Position numbers and translations under genes: made by a program | In this document: positions 1-13,619 of the stretch, piece after piece | Layout: every line of letters starts with the position of its first letter | Numbering within the stretch: the first letter of the stretch is position 1 | Source: Lama glama | Taxonomy: Eukaryota | Length of the DNA stretch: 64,000 bases | Assembly: GCA_028534125.1 (NCBI GenBank) | Contig: CM052817.1 | Span: forward strand, 36,892,001 to 36,956,000 | Direction: 5' to 3' | Notes under the pieces: generated by a model | What the model saw: only the letters and a program-made list of their open reading frames with translations | What the model was told of the DNA's origin: nothing | Databases searched by the model: none

Positions 1-344
1 GGAATCACCATGGTGTCCCTGTACTTTCCATCCTTCTAAACTGCTCTAAGAATAAGCCTGAAATTTCCCACCTGTTATAGATGGACACTTGGTAAGGGAA
101 TTTATTCTCTTGTATGATGGTGATTTCTGGAATTCTCTGTAGCTCCTGTAGCTCAAGATGAAACTGCTGTTCCATCAGACTAGAATTCAGCTGGAGCTCT
201 GGTACCTAGTGCCAGATTTGACTCTATGGTCCTTATCTAATATGCAGTGATGCTCTCTATGGGATTACCTGCCATCAAGGAGAGACCTTTTAAAAGGAAA
301 GAGGAATGGATAAATGCCACATAATTGTTCCTTGATTCTTTAAT

Positions 345-1075
345 TATTTACTTTTTAAAAAAAGTATTTAATTTGAAACAGTCTCAAATGTGCAGAAAAG
401 TTACAAGAATGGTGCAGGAAAGACTGTTTTACCCTGAACCCTTTGAGAGTAAGTTGCCAAAATGCCCCATCACCCACCCCCTAATATTTTAGTGTATAAT
501 TGCTACTAATAGGGATGCTCTCCTATATAGCCACACTATACCATCAATGTCAGGATATTAACATTGATGTATCACTACATCTAATCTTCAGACTCCATTC
601 AAGTTTTGCAATCATCCTAGTAATGTCCTTTATGGAAAAATTATGTAGTCCATAATCACATGGTACATTTAGACATCTTCAGCCTAGACCAGTTCTTCAG
701 TCTTTCCTTGACTTTAATGACCTTGACACTTTTAAAGATTATTGAGCAGGTTATACACTGTAGAATATCCTTCAAGTGGAGTCCATCTGATGTTCCTTCA
801 GGATTTGAGTTGGATCATGCTTCTCTGGCAGCAATATCCTAGAAGTGATGCTGGGTTCTCATCACATGAATCAGGTGGCACGTGGTTTTAATTTGTCTCA
901 TGACTGGTCATGTTAATTTTACCACTAGATTCAGGTGGTTTGCCCGGCTTCTTCACTGTAAAATTACTCTCTTCCCCTTGGAAATTAAGAAGTATTTTGT
1001 AAGATGGTATGTTGAAACCATATAAATATAACACCCCTCAACAAAATTTCAATTCATTTATTTATTCATTCATTT
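345..1075 (-). mobile_element. Old L1 3' end (L1MC-like)
   Basis: ttaatttgaaacagtctcaaatgtgcagaaaagttacaagaat... resembles the reverse complement of L1MC-type 3' termini. Confidence 0.65.
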
Positions 1076-1129
1076 ATATCAATATATTCATTTTCTTTTT
1101 CAGCTTCTTTAGGTAAATAAGTTATTGCA

Positions 1130-1555
1130 TTCTGCAGCAACAATGTCACCCCAGAACCCAGGACTCCTCTCATTCCTATGTAAGCCAAAGGCCCCTCTCT
1201 CCTGGGGGCCGTTTGGGGCTGCAGGAGTGTGCCCTTGCTTGGGAAAGCCACAAGAACCGGGGAGTTAGTCTCAATCAACGAAGAATGAAAACTCACAGAC
1301 CAATCCCCAGCCTCCTCGCTCCTTGGGCTGGACAACTCAGAGTGTTCTACACCATTTCCCAGAGTTCCTCACAGGGGCTGAGCCCAGTTACCTCATCAGT
1401 GCGTTGCTCGCTAGCGCACCCATTATTATTGGCTCTCTTCCTTCTGCTCTAAACTCCCCACCCTCCTGAGAACTTCTGCCTCCTGCTATCACCTGCGCTA
1501 TTTGTATTCAAATCCTTTTCTCAAGATCTGCTTCCGGGACACTCATCCTAAGACA
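1130..1555 (+). mobile_element. Solo ERVL LTR (LTR16-like)
   Basis: Ends aaatccttttctcaagatctgcttccgggacactcatcctaagaca, similar to the LTR16-type 3' terminus. Confidence 0.6.
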
Positions 1556-4149
1556 CATGTCATTTCCACACTGTGAAACTTTTAAGAAGATTCTTCCATA
1601 TTTGCAACAAATTCAGGATCTGACAATTTGGTTATTATTCAGTCATTTTTTCAAGACTTTGCTTTTCTCTATCTAAATGAAGGGGTACCTCCCCATGACA
1701 CCAATGTCCCCACCAAAGTGTGGAGTCAAAACAGATGGACAGGATAAATCAGTAATATTAAATGTTTCCTGACTCCTTGCGGCCATAGGAAATCAGGTCA
1801 ACAAGTGTTAGCAAAACACTGTTGAAACAAGGTACGTCCATGTCATCTGGTCAGTCAGCTCCTTGAAGTCAGTGTCATGCAATTGCTTTCTTGTTCTTCT
1901 CTGTTCCCATGGTATGTTGTAGTCATTCCCCGAATCTGACCAAAGCATCTGTTTCCCATCCTCCACAGTGTACTTCTACCGGGAATTACCGTTTTTACTT
2001 CATAAGAGTAAATGCATACAGTGCATGGCATTTTTTAAGATGAGGGCTGGAAATAATAATAATGTACTAGTACTTGCTATTCTTAACCCCCACTCCAAAA
2101 ACCACTCAGTACAAACAACTGCTCGACCAGCTCTGTCTGGGAAGAGCAGATTTAGAAAGAAGGGAGACACTATAGACAGTACCACATATGAGAAAGAAAA
2201 TACAGCGCTCAGCCTGCTCCACTGTGGGATGCTGCAGGACGCTGACTCACTTCGCAACTATCGTCCTTCCTGAACGTAGAAGAAAAAACTAAATAGTCTT
2301 TTATACGATGAGTTCAGCTCAAGCAAATCTCTCCTGACCCCGCTTTGCTCCAGGACTAGATGTCGCCAATGTTAATATCTTTATTGGACACCCTGTGTAA
2401 TTCTTTTTCCAGAAGAGCAGACCAAACAATTTCTCAAGTAGAGACAGCTCTGTACACACAGTACTGTCCTGTGTAAGCAACAGGGGTAGTGGACAAATGA
2501 AAAGAAGCAAGAACTGTTGATGACATTTCAAGAATAAACACATAGTTCCTCCCTAAAAAAGAATATATTTGCAAATAGCACCACCTGCTAAATCTTGCTG
2601 GCCAGGAGAGTAGATCCAAACAGCCCATCCACCTCTCCTGAGGGTACTTGGAGTTTTCACGAAGAAAAGTTCCATAGTTATAAATAAATGTTCCAAACAT
2701 CTCTATAATTACTTGTTACTTTTAAAGTATTATCTGGGTAGAAATTCATTTGCCTAAAGCATACTTTGCAACTGACCAGTAGTGAGGAATTTAGTCCAAG
2801 AAAGGCACATTTTTACTTTAGTTAAAGTTATAAAAGCACACCCCCCTCTTCTAGAATGTGGGAAGCGTTTCCCCTCTAGTTCCACGTCTCCCCCAGAGCG
2901 ATCAGAGGCCGACACGTGGGATTGTGTATCAGCAAGTGACCTCTTCACCAGTAACTTCTCCACAAAACCTACCATTAAAGGCCCCTTCCCACGCAAACAA
3001 GAGCACCTTCCGCAAAGAAACCTGTTTGAGGAAACTAATGCCCAAATCTTTTCTCTTTCATCGCCTCATTTTTAGCCTTGGGAATATGCGCATTGTTCCA
3101 ATGAGGGAATCCTGGGAGAAAAGAGAAGAGGCCCTTTTTATTTGTTTGTTTTCTGGTCTCTGAATTTAGCCTGAGTGCTTCCACAGCCACCTGCACAGCA
3201 GTTCAAAGTGTGAGTCACTGACCTTCCTGGGCTATCTGGTCCTGTACAAACTGCCAGTTCTGAGGGCTTGGCTTTGTGGAAACATCCTGCCCCACGACAC
3301 CTCTCATAACACTGGAAGTGAAATGACTGAATCATACTTTTTAAAGACTAGAAAAATAGCTTTTTAAGATAACATTTCCCAGGTACTTGGTAAGATTTGA
3401 GGAAAATATTTGTGTAAACAAAATTTTAAAAATTCACAATGGGAAAAAATGAAGTTAACTTCATACTGACTATTAAAGTCACATTTTTATATGTGGTTCA
3501 TCTGGAGCTTTTCTTACAAAAAATATTTTTGAAGATGAAATTAACACTCGTCGTATTATCTTTAGATCAGTACCGATTCAGAGGCAAAGGGTTATTTTCC
3601 TTAAATATCATGCCATCTAATTAGACTCTGTACTTTTCAATATGAAAAATACTAATTCCAATAAACATGAAAGTTGATAAATAGCACAATATAGAACAGA
3701 ACTATCACATATAATTTGCTTCTTATCAGTCATTGGGCTATTTATTAAATATTCTTTTGTATCCAGGTCTGTGATGAGTTCTGAGTAAATCTGAAAGAAG
3801 TGTAAAAATAAGATTTAAACCTCACTGGACTTCCTGTGTAACTGGGGGGAAGGGATGCAAAACACAGTTTTGATTATATATCATTTCAAGAACCTCCTAC
3901 GATTCCTCTCTCACCCACCCAAAGGCATCATCACACCCTCCCACGGTACTTAGGGGCCCCCACCACGTACCCGATCCCCACAGCTCTCCTTGATAGACTC
4001 TAAAGTCCAGTCAGACCAGGCTACTTGTCACTTTTGGACAGTGCCCTCACCCAACTCCCTGCCTGTGTGCAGACGATGCCTGCCAGTTAGGACGCCCTTT
4101 CTCTCCACACCTCCTGTCTTCTGCCTCAGTTCAGCGGAGTCATTGTCTC

Positions 4150-4412
4150 TTCCTCATTCCCTTCTGGGTGGAAGGAATTCCTCACTCATCTGAATTTTTT
4201 TAACTCTATCTCTCATTGTGCTTTTTGCATTCAACACAGTATTGTAGATACTTGTGTCTATTTCTTATTTGCCCGGCCAAAGGTACCCGAAGGCATTTCA
4301 GATAGCTTGTTTATCTGCATATCTCCATATACATTGCCTAACTCGGTGTCTGGTTTGTAATATGTCCTCAAACATATAATAGTTGAATAGAGGAAGGAAT
4401 GAATAAATGAGT
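4150..4412 (+). mobile_element. L2 3' end fragment
   Basis: Degenerate L2 tail ending ...gttgaatagaggaaggaatgaataaatga. Confidence 0.5.
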
Positions 4413-4829
4413 ACCTGAAACGATGAGGGAATAATTAAGAATAATAATTGTGTCACAGTGGACGGAGAGTATAAAGTAGTTGTGTCACAATGGACGCAGA
4501 GTACTAGGAGGGGAAACTGAAGGAGGGAGTGCAATAGCTTGAGCGTGGGCTGGAAGAGTCTACGAAGACTAGAGGGAGGGTTTAAACCTGAAAGCAGGGC
4601 CTTCAGGATGATCATGTCACACAGTGGCACCAGAGAGTCTCAGAACCGTCTGGACTAGGAGTCTGGCTGACCAATCAGAAGAGGAGAAGAAAGGAATCAT
4701 AAGGTAGGTTGTGAGAGGAGAGTTTCAGGGATTACCTCGTGTAAGGCCACAAGATAAAACCTGCTTAGCTGGGATCCCAGAAATTAAGTGCTGCTACTAG
4801 GACACAGGCTGTTTGTAGAGAAGTAACGC

Positions 4830-5050
4830 ATTCAGGGCAAAAGGATGAGTTTTGAATTAAGAAGGGCTGGGTTTGACTTCAATTTCACTATCGTTTTTGT
4901 TGGGCATAGGATTCTCCAATTCTCCATTTTCTCATCCATAAAATCGGAGTTATAATTCCCACCCAGTTGGGTTGCTGTGCAGGTTCAGTAAGATGATACA
5001 TGGAAAGTTCTGGGCACAGAGAAGGAGCTGAGTAAACGGCAGCTCTCGTT
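4830..5050 (+). mobile_element. MIR SINE
   Basis: Core ttttctcatccataaaatcggag...ggttgctgtgcaggttcagtaagatgatacatggaaagt. Confidence 0.7.
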
Positions 5051-7265
5051 AATTTGCTCTGGGCTCCAGTTTGAAGACTTGTTAGGTCCGATTGTCCTTA
5101 AGTCCATTTGTGGCCAGAGGTGCCTCTGGGACTTGAAGCCTGGTCCTTATTGTTCCACAAGAAGAATTTCTGGAATTGAGGTGGAGATCCCAATAGAAGT
5201 AATGATGATTATGTTGACAAAAGAATTTATAGCAGCTAATAATTATTGAGCAACCGTGCTAAGTGCCTCATAAGAAATACTGTCTTTAATCCCAACAAAA
5301 ATGCGTGTGGTAAATAAAACAAGTATTTGGGTTTTTTCATGGGGATCCTCTTGGAAGAAAATGTGCCTGGATCTTAGGAATCCCAGTCCCTGGAGTATAG
5401 CAGAAGCCAGAACAGGGAGTCCAGGAGCAGTGAGAAGTCACGCAGATTCGGAGGCTCACCCTAACAATGGCATCCGGGATACAGTAGTTAAAAGGTGTGG
5501 TAATCTCAGATCAGATCCAGGCAGGCCTGCATATCAGGGACAGGGAAATACAGGCAACAGGCACTACTCAAAGCCGGACAGATGGTGGCACTGTGATTCT
5601 TAGCAGGACCCTTACGGTAGCTGGACAATACAGGAAGCATGATACAGCCTTCTTGGGGAAGGAATTTGGCAAGGGGTAGGCAGGCGATAAGGACCCCATC
5701 CCATGAATTAGAGCAAGGGTGGCAAAATTTGTGCAATTTCTGAGGAAGCAAATGGTTGTCCAAAGCCTTGTTTGGTTTGAGACCAAACTTAGGCTAAGCA
5801 GTAAAGAATATCATGATCAATTAGCGATGTCTGCCATGAGCATCAGGAGAAGAAGGGGCAGCAGACCACTTCTGACTCTTGGGTTTAATAGAAGAATCAG
5901 GACAGACTTGAAGGAAAAAGGAGAGGAACTATATAAAAAGAGACCATTATAAAGGGACCATGCACAGATTTTAGGGGAAACAGGGAAGGAGAGAAAGTGA
6001 CTTAGGGCTAATCAGTCCTGTTCAGATATGAATTGAGGGAGTATGCCAAGGGCAATTACGTATACCTCCTTTCCCCATTCTATTGCCTTCTTAAGAACTG
6101 ACTGTAGCATTCTAATGCTCCAGCAAGCCATGTCTCCCCAAAGTAAGGGCTTGGAATTGGGTGCCCCATATTTCCAGTTTGCTATTTATAAAGATCCATG
6201 AGCTTCTCAGAAAAAAATTCAATATTCGTTCTCAGGAGATAATGATACTGGAAAAAAACATATATATAGACAAACAAAAAGAAGTTAAACATATTAATTT
6301 TTATTATTTTCATAACAAAATTTGGTGGTGCTATTGTTTTGAAATACATCAAAAGAATTGTATTTTGCTGTGTTCTCTTTTGAGACCTATATTTAACTTT
6401 CTATATATATGTATTTATTTATTTTAGTAAGAAAGAACACAAATGCCAACAAGAAGAAAACATCTCAAAAGTCTTTCAATATATATTATAGTAAATTATT
6501 CTTTTTTTTAAGTGAGGAACAGGGAGGTGGATATTTGAAGCTTTTTTTTCTCCCTGAAACCACATTCCTGTGGCATTACTCAAATTAAATCTTGCAGTCA
6601 TTGAAAGTGGAAAGAGAAAATGACTATATTAAAACCAAACAGAAAATGAATCTGGATCTTTTTATTATATTTTTCTAGGTCTGTACTTCCCAACCTGTTC
6701 TGTTTGTGAAAATAGACAAATATAACTGTCCACCAGAAGAAACAGCTGTCAGTCTTACAAGCCATTTCTTAAAGCAGACTTTGTTTTGAGGGACCAAGAG
6801 TAAGGTGACTATATGTAGAAATGCTTATTTGAAAATCCTTGTTCTATTTGTGTGGTAACCTCCCAATTTATGTCTTACTTGAGGAAAGAGAAAGAAAGCC
6901 ACATATGAAACAGATTTTTAAAACACGTTTTTTTTTGGAAAAGAGAAAGTTATGTCAGAAAAGAAAGCAGTATAGTTAGAATGATCACATAGTTTTTCTA
7001 ATTGTCTTTTGATTTAACGACTTTTGAATAATTTTTAAACAATAGTCAAACTGCTGTACTATTTAACATAACAGAATTCTATCAACATGCATAGAGCAAC
7101 AAGCATGACATATTATCTACAAAGTGAATTTATGAATAGACGGCAACAAATAAAGATGTAAAAACAAAGCAATATTTATTGTCTTCATCTTTTGTACATG
7201 AAAATACACGTATCCATAGAGTTCATTTTTTCCCTTTCATTTACTCATTCACTTAAAAAGCATTT

Positions 7266-7688
7266 TTAGAGGGTTGAATGGTGTCCCTTCCCAGAAAGAT
7301 AGGTCTCTACCTGGAACTTGTGAATGTAGCCTTGTTTTGGAAAAAGGTCCTTGCAGATGTGATTGAGCTAAGGGTCTTGAGATGAAATCATCCTGGATTA
7401 TCCAGAGGGACCCTAAACCTAATGACAAGTATCCTTGTAAGAGACAAAAGAGAAGACAGAGAGAGAAGAGGAGAGGGCCTTATGAAGATGGAGGCAGAGA
7501 TTGGAGTTTTGCAGACACAAGCCAAGGAGCTACCAGAAGCTCAAAGAGACAAGCAAGGATTCTCCCCCGGAGCCTTCAGGAAGAGTGCCTTGATTTCAGA
7601 TGTCTGGCCTCCAGAACTGGGAGAGAATAAATTTCTGTTGTTGTACCAGCTTGTAGTAATTTGTTGGCAGCCCTAGGAATCTAACACA
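7266..7688 (+). mobile_element. MaLR solo LTR (MLT1C-like)
   Basis: gggttgaatggtgtccc...gaagatggaggcagagattggag...ggcctccagaactgggagagaataaatttctgttg...ggcagccctaggaatctaacaca. Confidence 0.85.
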
Positions 7689-9129
7689 GCACCTTTCTTG
7701 AGCCACGTATATTGTTAGTCAAGTATACATCTGTGAATGAGATATCATCTTGCCCTCGAGGCAATCACAGTTTGGTTGGTGCATGAAACAGGCTTTTAAT
7801 AATCTGTGTTCTAAGTGAAGTTTAGGCCAACAGTCGGTGGGAGTCTCAGTTACTGAAAGCCTTCCATCGTGCGTGAGTGCACTGGAAAGGCTCGGGTACC
7901 TAAGAAGTAGCTCAAGATGCCGGGGATGCTTGGGGAAGCCTCCTAGAGGAAGCAGCATCTTAGCTAGTCTTGAAGAATGGGCAGGAATTTTCATGATAAA
8001 AGGTTGGAAAGCATGCTGTTTAGGAGATCTCAAACTGAAGGAATTGAAAGTATAAAATGCACAAAAACGTGTCAAGGCAAGATAGAGAAGTTTCTACCTT
8101 AGCATGAGACAAGTCTATAAGCCCATTTGTTGAACCTGAATTGCAAGAGGCACATCCCCCGGCTGAGGAGTTGAGGTATTGAGTGAAGGGGGAATAGGAT
8201 GTTTGCCGGGATGTCAAGTGGTGGGGACAAGGGATGGGCGGCAAGGGAGAACTGTAATCAGGGAAAGGACAAGATCGAAGTTGATTTTAGGAAAATAACT
8301 CTTGTGGGATTTTTATTTCAGTTTTTAATTCATGTTTTCACCTGTAAGTTTCCCTTTTATCATTTCCTATTCATGAAGATATAAGCTTCTTATCTTCCTT
8401 GCCTTGAGGAAGGTTTGAGGGTGCCTACTTGGATTTTTTTTTTCAAAATCTTAAATTCACTGAGAGGATGGGTTTGAGGCAAGCACCTTTTAGAAAATGA
8501 GAAATAGGAAGAGATAGAAAAGAGAGGTTTTATTTCTGAGGCTAAAAAAAAAAAAAAAAAAAAGTATGAAGCAGCTCTTCTTAGGCCCTGATCAACAGAC
8601 AGCCCAGGGCTGCGATCCTTGGGAGATACGAAGCCCAGGAGAACACCAGGTTCGCTCTGATATACTGAGCATGATTCCAGATTGAGGCCCAGGGAAACAG
8701 AGCCTGAACAGAGCGCAGCAGTCTTGCTGTCCACATGACACAGAGGTTGAAGTCTGGGACTAGTGAAGCGGCTGGCATTTGCATCTCAGGGCACCAGAAA
8801 TAAAGGAGTTGCAGGGAAGGAGCTCCAGAAATCTGGGCTGCTGTTCTCTTAAATCTTTGACTGAGTACTTTTGTGTACATGTGGTCAAACCCAGAGAGGC
8901 CTAGTGGAGGAGCTACTTCGGGACTGTGAGCTGAGTGCAAATCCCAGAAAATACACAGTGCTGGGAGACAGTAGAATGAACGCCCACAAGCCAGGGCTGA
9001 AGGCCCACAAGGATCATGGTTTAGGAGGAGGACTCCTCCAGCCCTTGCAGTAGGGACACCCTGGCCCTGCTCTCACCCACTTAAACCCAAGCCTTGGGAA
9101 GAACATGCTGAGCTGCCAGTAAATTAATT

Positions 9130-10875
9130 CTCTGCCAGTATAAGACCCAAAATTCCTTATAGGAAGACACATCCAGAATCTCAACAATATAGCATTCCAC
9201 TATGCATAATGAAATTTTAAAAATTACTAGGCATGTGAAGAATCAGAAAAATATGACCAAAATATGAGGGGGGAAATGCAGTAAAACAGATCCAGAGATG
9301 ACAGACATGCTGGAATTAGCAGATAAGGACATCAGGCAACTGTTATAAAAATGACCAAAAATCTAAGGACAGAAATAAATAGATAAGTGAACAGATGTGA
9401 GAGCTCAGTAAGCAAATGAAAGCTAAGAGATAGACAGGAAAGCAAACGAAAATTGTCAAAAGAAAATTTATTTGAAATTTAAGGATATTTGCTGAATTGG
9501 GCTTAATAGAAGTTTGGATGCTACAAAAGATTTTGAAGACAGGTACATACAAACTATGCAAACTGAAGCACATACAATAAAGAAAGTTTGGCCAGAAAAA
9601 AAAAAAAAAGAATAGCGCTTCAGTGACCTGTGGGGTATAACATCCGTGGAACAGAAGTCCCAGAAGCAGAAGAGAGCTTCTGGCAGAGAAAAAAAAAATT
9701 AAGAGAAATAATAGTAAAAGAAATCCTCAACTTTGATGAAAAATAAAAACACAGAGAATATGGTCCATCGCCAAATAACTAATGCTCCCCCGGACATCTA
9801 TTCATCTCCTCAGCAAGAACCGAACATTTTAAAACTGAGTTTTCAAAGTCCCAACTCCTCATTCTGGCCATGATGGAGGTATGAACTACAAACAGCACAA
9901 AGACAAAGAAAACCACATCTAGGCATATAGTACAATTGCTTTAAGCCAAATTAAAAATAAAAATTTCAAAACATTCAGAAGAAAAAGACATATTACATAA
10001 AGGAAAGTAACAATAGAATAACCACTGCCTTCTCATCAGAAACAATACAAGGCAGAAAATAATGGAATGGCAATTTTAAAATGCAAAATAAGAAATAAAC
10101 TATGAATTCAGAATTTAAATCAGGCAACATTTTTCACCAAAACTTAAATCCAATGAAGATATTTTCAGGTAACCAAAGTGGTGACCTGCACTACAAGAAA
10201 TGTTCAACAAACTTATTTAGGTTAAAGGGAAATTATGCCAGATAGAAACTCAAATCTACATGAATGAATAAAGAACACTAGACATGATTCTACTTCCTTA
10301 ACTTCTTTAAAAAGAAATGAATTATTTGAAACCAATAATGTGTGGTGGAATTTATAACATGTAGAAGTAAGAGACATGATGAATAGCACAAAGGAGGGGA
10401 GAGGGAAATGGAAGTACTTTTGCATATGGTTTTTACATTAAACGTGAAGTGTTACACTATCAATTCAAGGTGTGCTGTAATAGGTGAGGATGTATACTGT
10501 AACCCCTAAAGGAACCACTAAAGAAACAAAACAGGGAGCTCATAGGCCAAAGAGGAGATAAAAATGTAATACTAAGAAATACTCAATTAAAAAGAAGACA
10601 GGAAAAGACGGAAAAAGGAAAAGGATTGATGGGGCAAGAAAAACAAATAGTAAGATGGTAAACTTAAACCTAACCATATCAGTCATGTTAAATGTAGAGT
10701 TACTAGACAGCCTATTTAAAAGCAGAGAAGCAAGATCCAACTATATGCTGCTTTTAAGAGATTCTCTTCAAATATAAAGACATATGTTAAAAGTAAAAGG
10801 ATAGAAGAAAAGAAATACCACGAAATACAAAGCATTAAGGAAGCTGGAATGGTTATACACATATCAGACAAAGTA
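9130..10875 (+). mobile_element. Degenerate L1, ORF1 region through the start of the ORF2 endonuclease
   Basis: A-rich, with ORF1-like ttctcatcagaaacaatacaaggcagaaaataatggaatggc and EN-like aaagtaaaaggatag...atatcagacaaagta. Confidence 0.7.
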
Positions 10876-12400
10876 TACCATTTATGATAGCATCAAAAAT
10901 AATAAAATACTTGGAAATAAATTTAACCAAGTAGCTGAAAGACCTATACACTGAAAACTATAAGACATTGATGAAAGAAAGTAAGGAAGGCACAAATAAA
11001 TGGAAAAATAATCTGTGCTTATGGATTGAAAGAAATAGTGTTGTTAAAATGTCCATACTATCTAAAACAATCTACAGATTCAAGGAAATGACTGTCAAAG
11101 TCCCAATGGCATCTTTCACAAAAATAGAACAAACAGTCCTAAAATTTGTATGGAATTACAAAAGAACCCAAATAGCCAAAGCAATCCTGAGAAAGACGAG
11201 CAAAGCTGGAGGCATCATACGTCCTAATTTCAAACTATATTACAAAGCTGTAAAAATCAAAACAGTATAGTACTGGAATAAAAACAGGAACATAGACCAG
11301 TGGAATAGAACCGAGCCAGAAATAAACCCATGAACGTATGGTCAGCTAATTTTTGACAAGGGCACCAAGAACACACGATGAGGAAAGGATAGTCTCTTCA
11401 ATGAATGATGCCAGGAAAACCGGATATTCACATGCAAAAGAATGAAAATAGACCTCCATCTTACACCACTCACAAAAATTAACTAAAAATGGATTAAAGA
11501 CTTAAATGCAAGATCTGAAATAATAAAACTCCTGGAAGAAATGATATGGGGTAAACTCCTTAACATCAGTCTTGGCAATGATGTCTTGGATAAGACCTCA
11601 AAAGCACAGGCAACAAAAGCTAAAATAAACAAGTGGAACTACATGAAACTAGAGAGCTTCTGCACAGCAAAAGAAACAGTCAATAAATTTAAATGGCAAC
11701 CAACAGAATGAGAAAAAATGTTTGCAAACCATATATCTAATAAGGGGTTAATGTCCAAAACACATAGAACTTATACAACTCAATAGCAAAAAGCAAATAA
11801 TCCAATATAAAATGGGCAGAGGACCTGAGGACATTTTCCAAGGAAACATACAAATGGCCAACAGCCACATGAAGAGGTGTTCAACTTCACTAGTCATCAG
11901 AGAAATGCAGATCAGAACCATAATGAGATATTAGCCCAGACCTGTTAGGATGGCCATTATCAAAAAGATGAAAGAGAACAAATGTTAGCAAGGATGTGAA
12001 GAAGAAAAGGCAGCCCTTATACACTGTTGTGGTCATTGGCGCAGCCAATTTTGAAAATTATGAAAAACAGTATGGTGGTTCCACAGAAAGTTAAAACTAG
12101 AACTACCATATGATCCAGCAACCACATTCCTGAGTTATGTCCAAAGGAACTGAAATCACTCTCTCTACAAGATATCTTCACTTCTGTGTTCATTGCGGCA
12201 TTATTTACAATGGTCAAGATATGGAAACAGCTTAAATGTCCTTCAACAGATGAATGGATAAAGTGTGAGATTTATATACATGTGTATGTATATATACAAA
12301 TTTGGAAAAAACAAAATTAAATTTAAAATCTCATCAAACTGTACACTCAAGATATGTGCATCTACTCTATGTAAAGTACATGTTAATTTTAAAAAACCTT
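10876..12400 (+). mobile_element. L1 ORF2 C-terminal region and truncated 3' UTR
   Basis: Track ORF 10968..11270 (KWKNNLCLWIERNSVVKMSILSKTIYRF...AKAILRK...FKLYYKAVKIKTV) is L1 ORF2p. Many stops and frameshifts follow. Confidence 0.92.
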
Positions 12401-13619
12401 TTAAACTTTAGTCTTGCTTTTGTTATCTTTTCTCAATCAAGATTTCTATTAGAAGTTGTAAATATATATCTGGACAAGTAGTAATATGTGAAATGCTTGT
12501 AAATAAACTAAAACCACAAAGGACTAGCTGTGGCTACAATGTTGTTGTGTTGATGTATTGAGGCAGTTGGAACATGTGAAAAATTTTGATTTTGAAAGTT
12601 TTAAGGCTTAGTTGTCTTAAATGAAGGAGGAAAAGTGAGACTAAGTTTGCCAGTTTCTATTATACGTTTTTTACGCTCAGTGTTTTTATTTTGTGCCTGG
12701 GTAGGATAATGTCAGAGCTTTAAGTAATCTCACACACATTGAAGCACTGGATGATAAAACAAAATGCAATTCGTGAATTTCCAAACTGATCTATCCTTTC
12801 ATAGACATTATTTCATTTGGCTATGGGTGTAATCTTTATAAAGTAGAAGTACATAGTGGAAGTATGAAAAAGAAGTTTATGCTCCCCGCATTTGTCTGAG
12901 ACCCCTGGCTACCCTAGATATACACTTTCTCTTTAATCTTTTCCAAATCAGTCTTTCTCTCTACCTCATCAAAATGTATCAGTCAAGGTTAAAGGAAAAC
13001 AGCATGGGTTCTATATTTAGATGGAAGACTTAAAGAGGTACTTGCAATAAGCCATTATAACTACTATTGTTACAAGTGGTTTTGTTGGATTACAGAGGAA
13101 GATCTCCTTGAAGTGTTTTCTAAACATAAATCAAATTCAGAACATGTTTTTCCCCCAGCTAGTATAGCTTACCTCCCTGAAACACACGAGCATATCAAGT
13201 GCAATGTGAAACCTTTCGAGTCCTTTTATATTCATTTATGCTTGTCCAAACATTATTCTCAAGTAATTACTTCAAGGGAAATGTTCTCTTGAGCTTTTCC
13301 CCTTAAGGAAGTTGAAGTAAAAAGGTCAAATTATAGTCAGACTATTTAATTCAGAATTGTAACTTGATCAAATCTCATTTTAAAATATTTTTTTCTCTAG
13401 AGCTTAAGAATATATATTTTCTTTCTCCCACTTCTTCATTCTGTATCATCCTTCAAGATTGTACTACTCTGTCAATATTGCAGATTTTAACCAAATAAAC
13501 TGCAATAGACTTTGATGAAAATATAAACAGGTTAGAAATTTGAGAATGTACCTAATATAAGATCTGCATCATAGAAGTGTATAACATATATAATGAAAGT
13601 TTTTGCCTTAGCAAAATAT

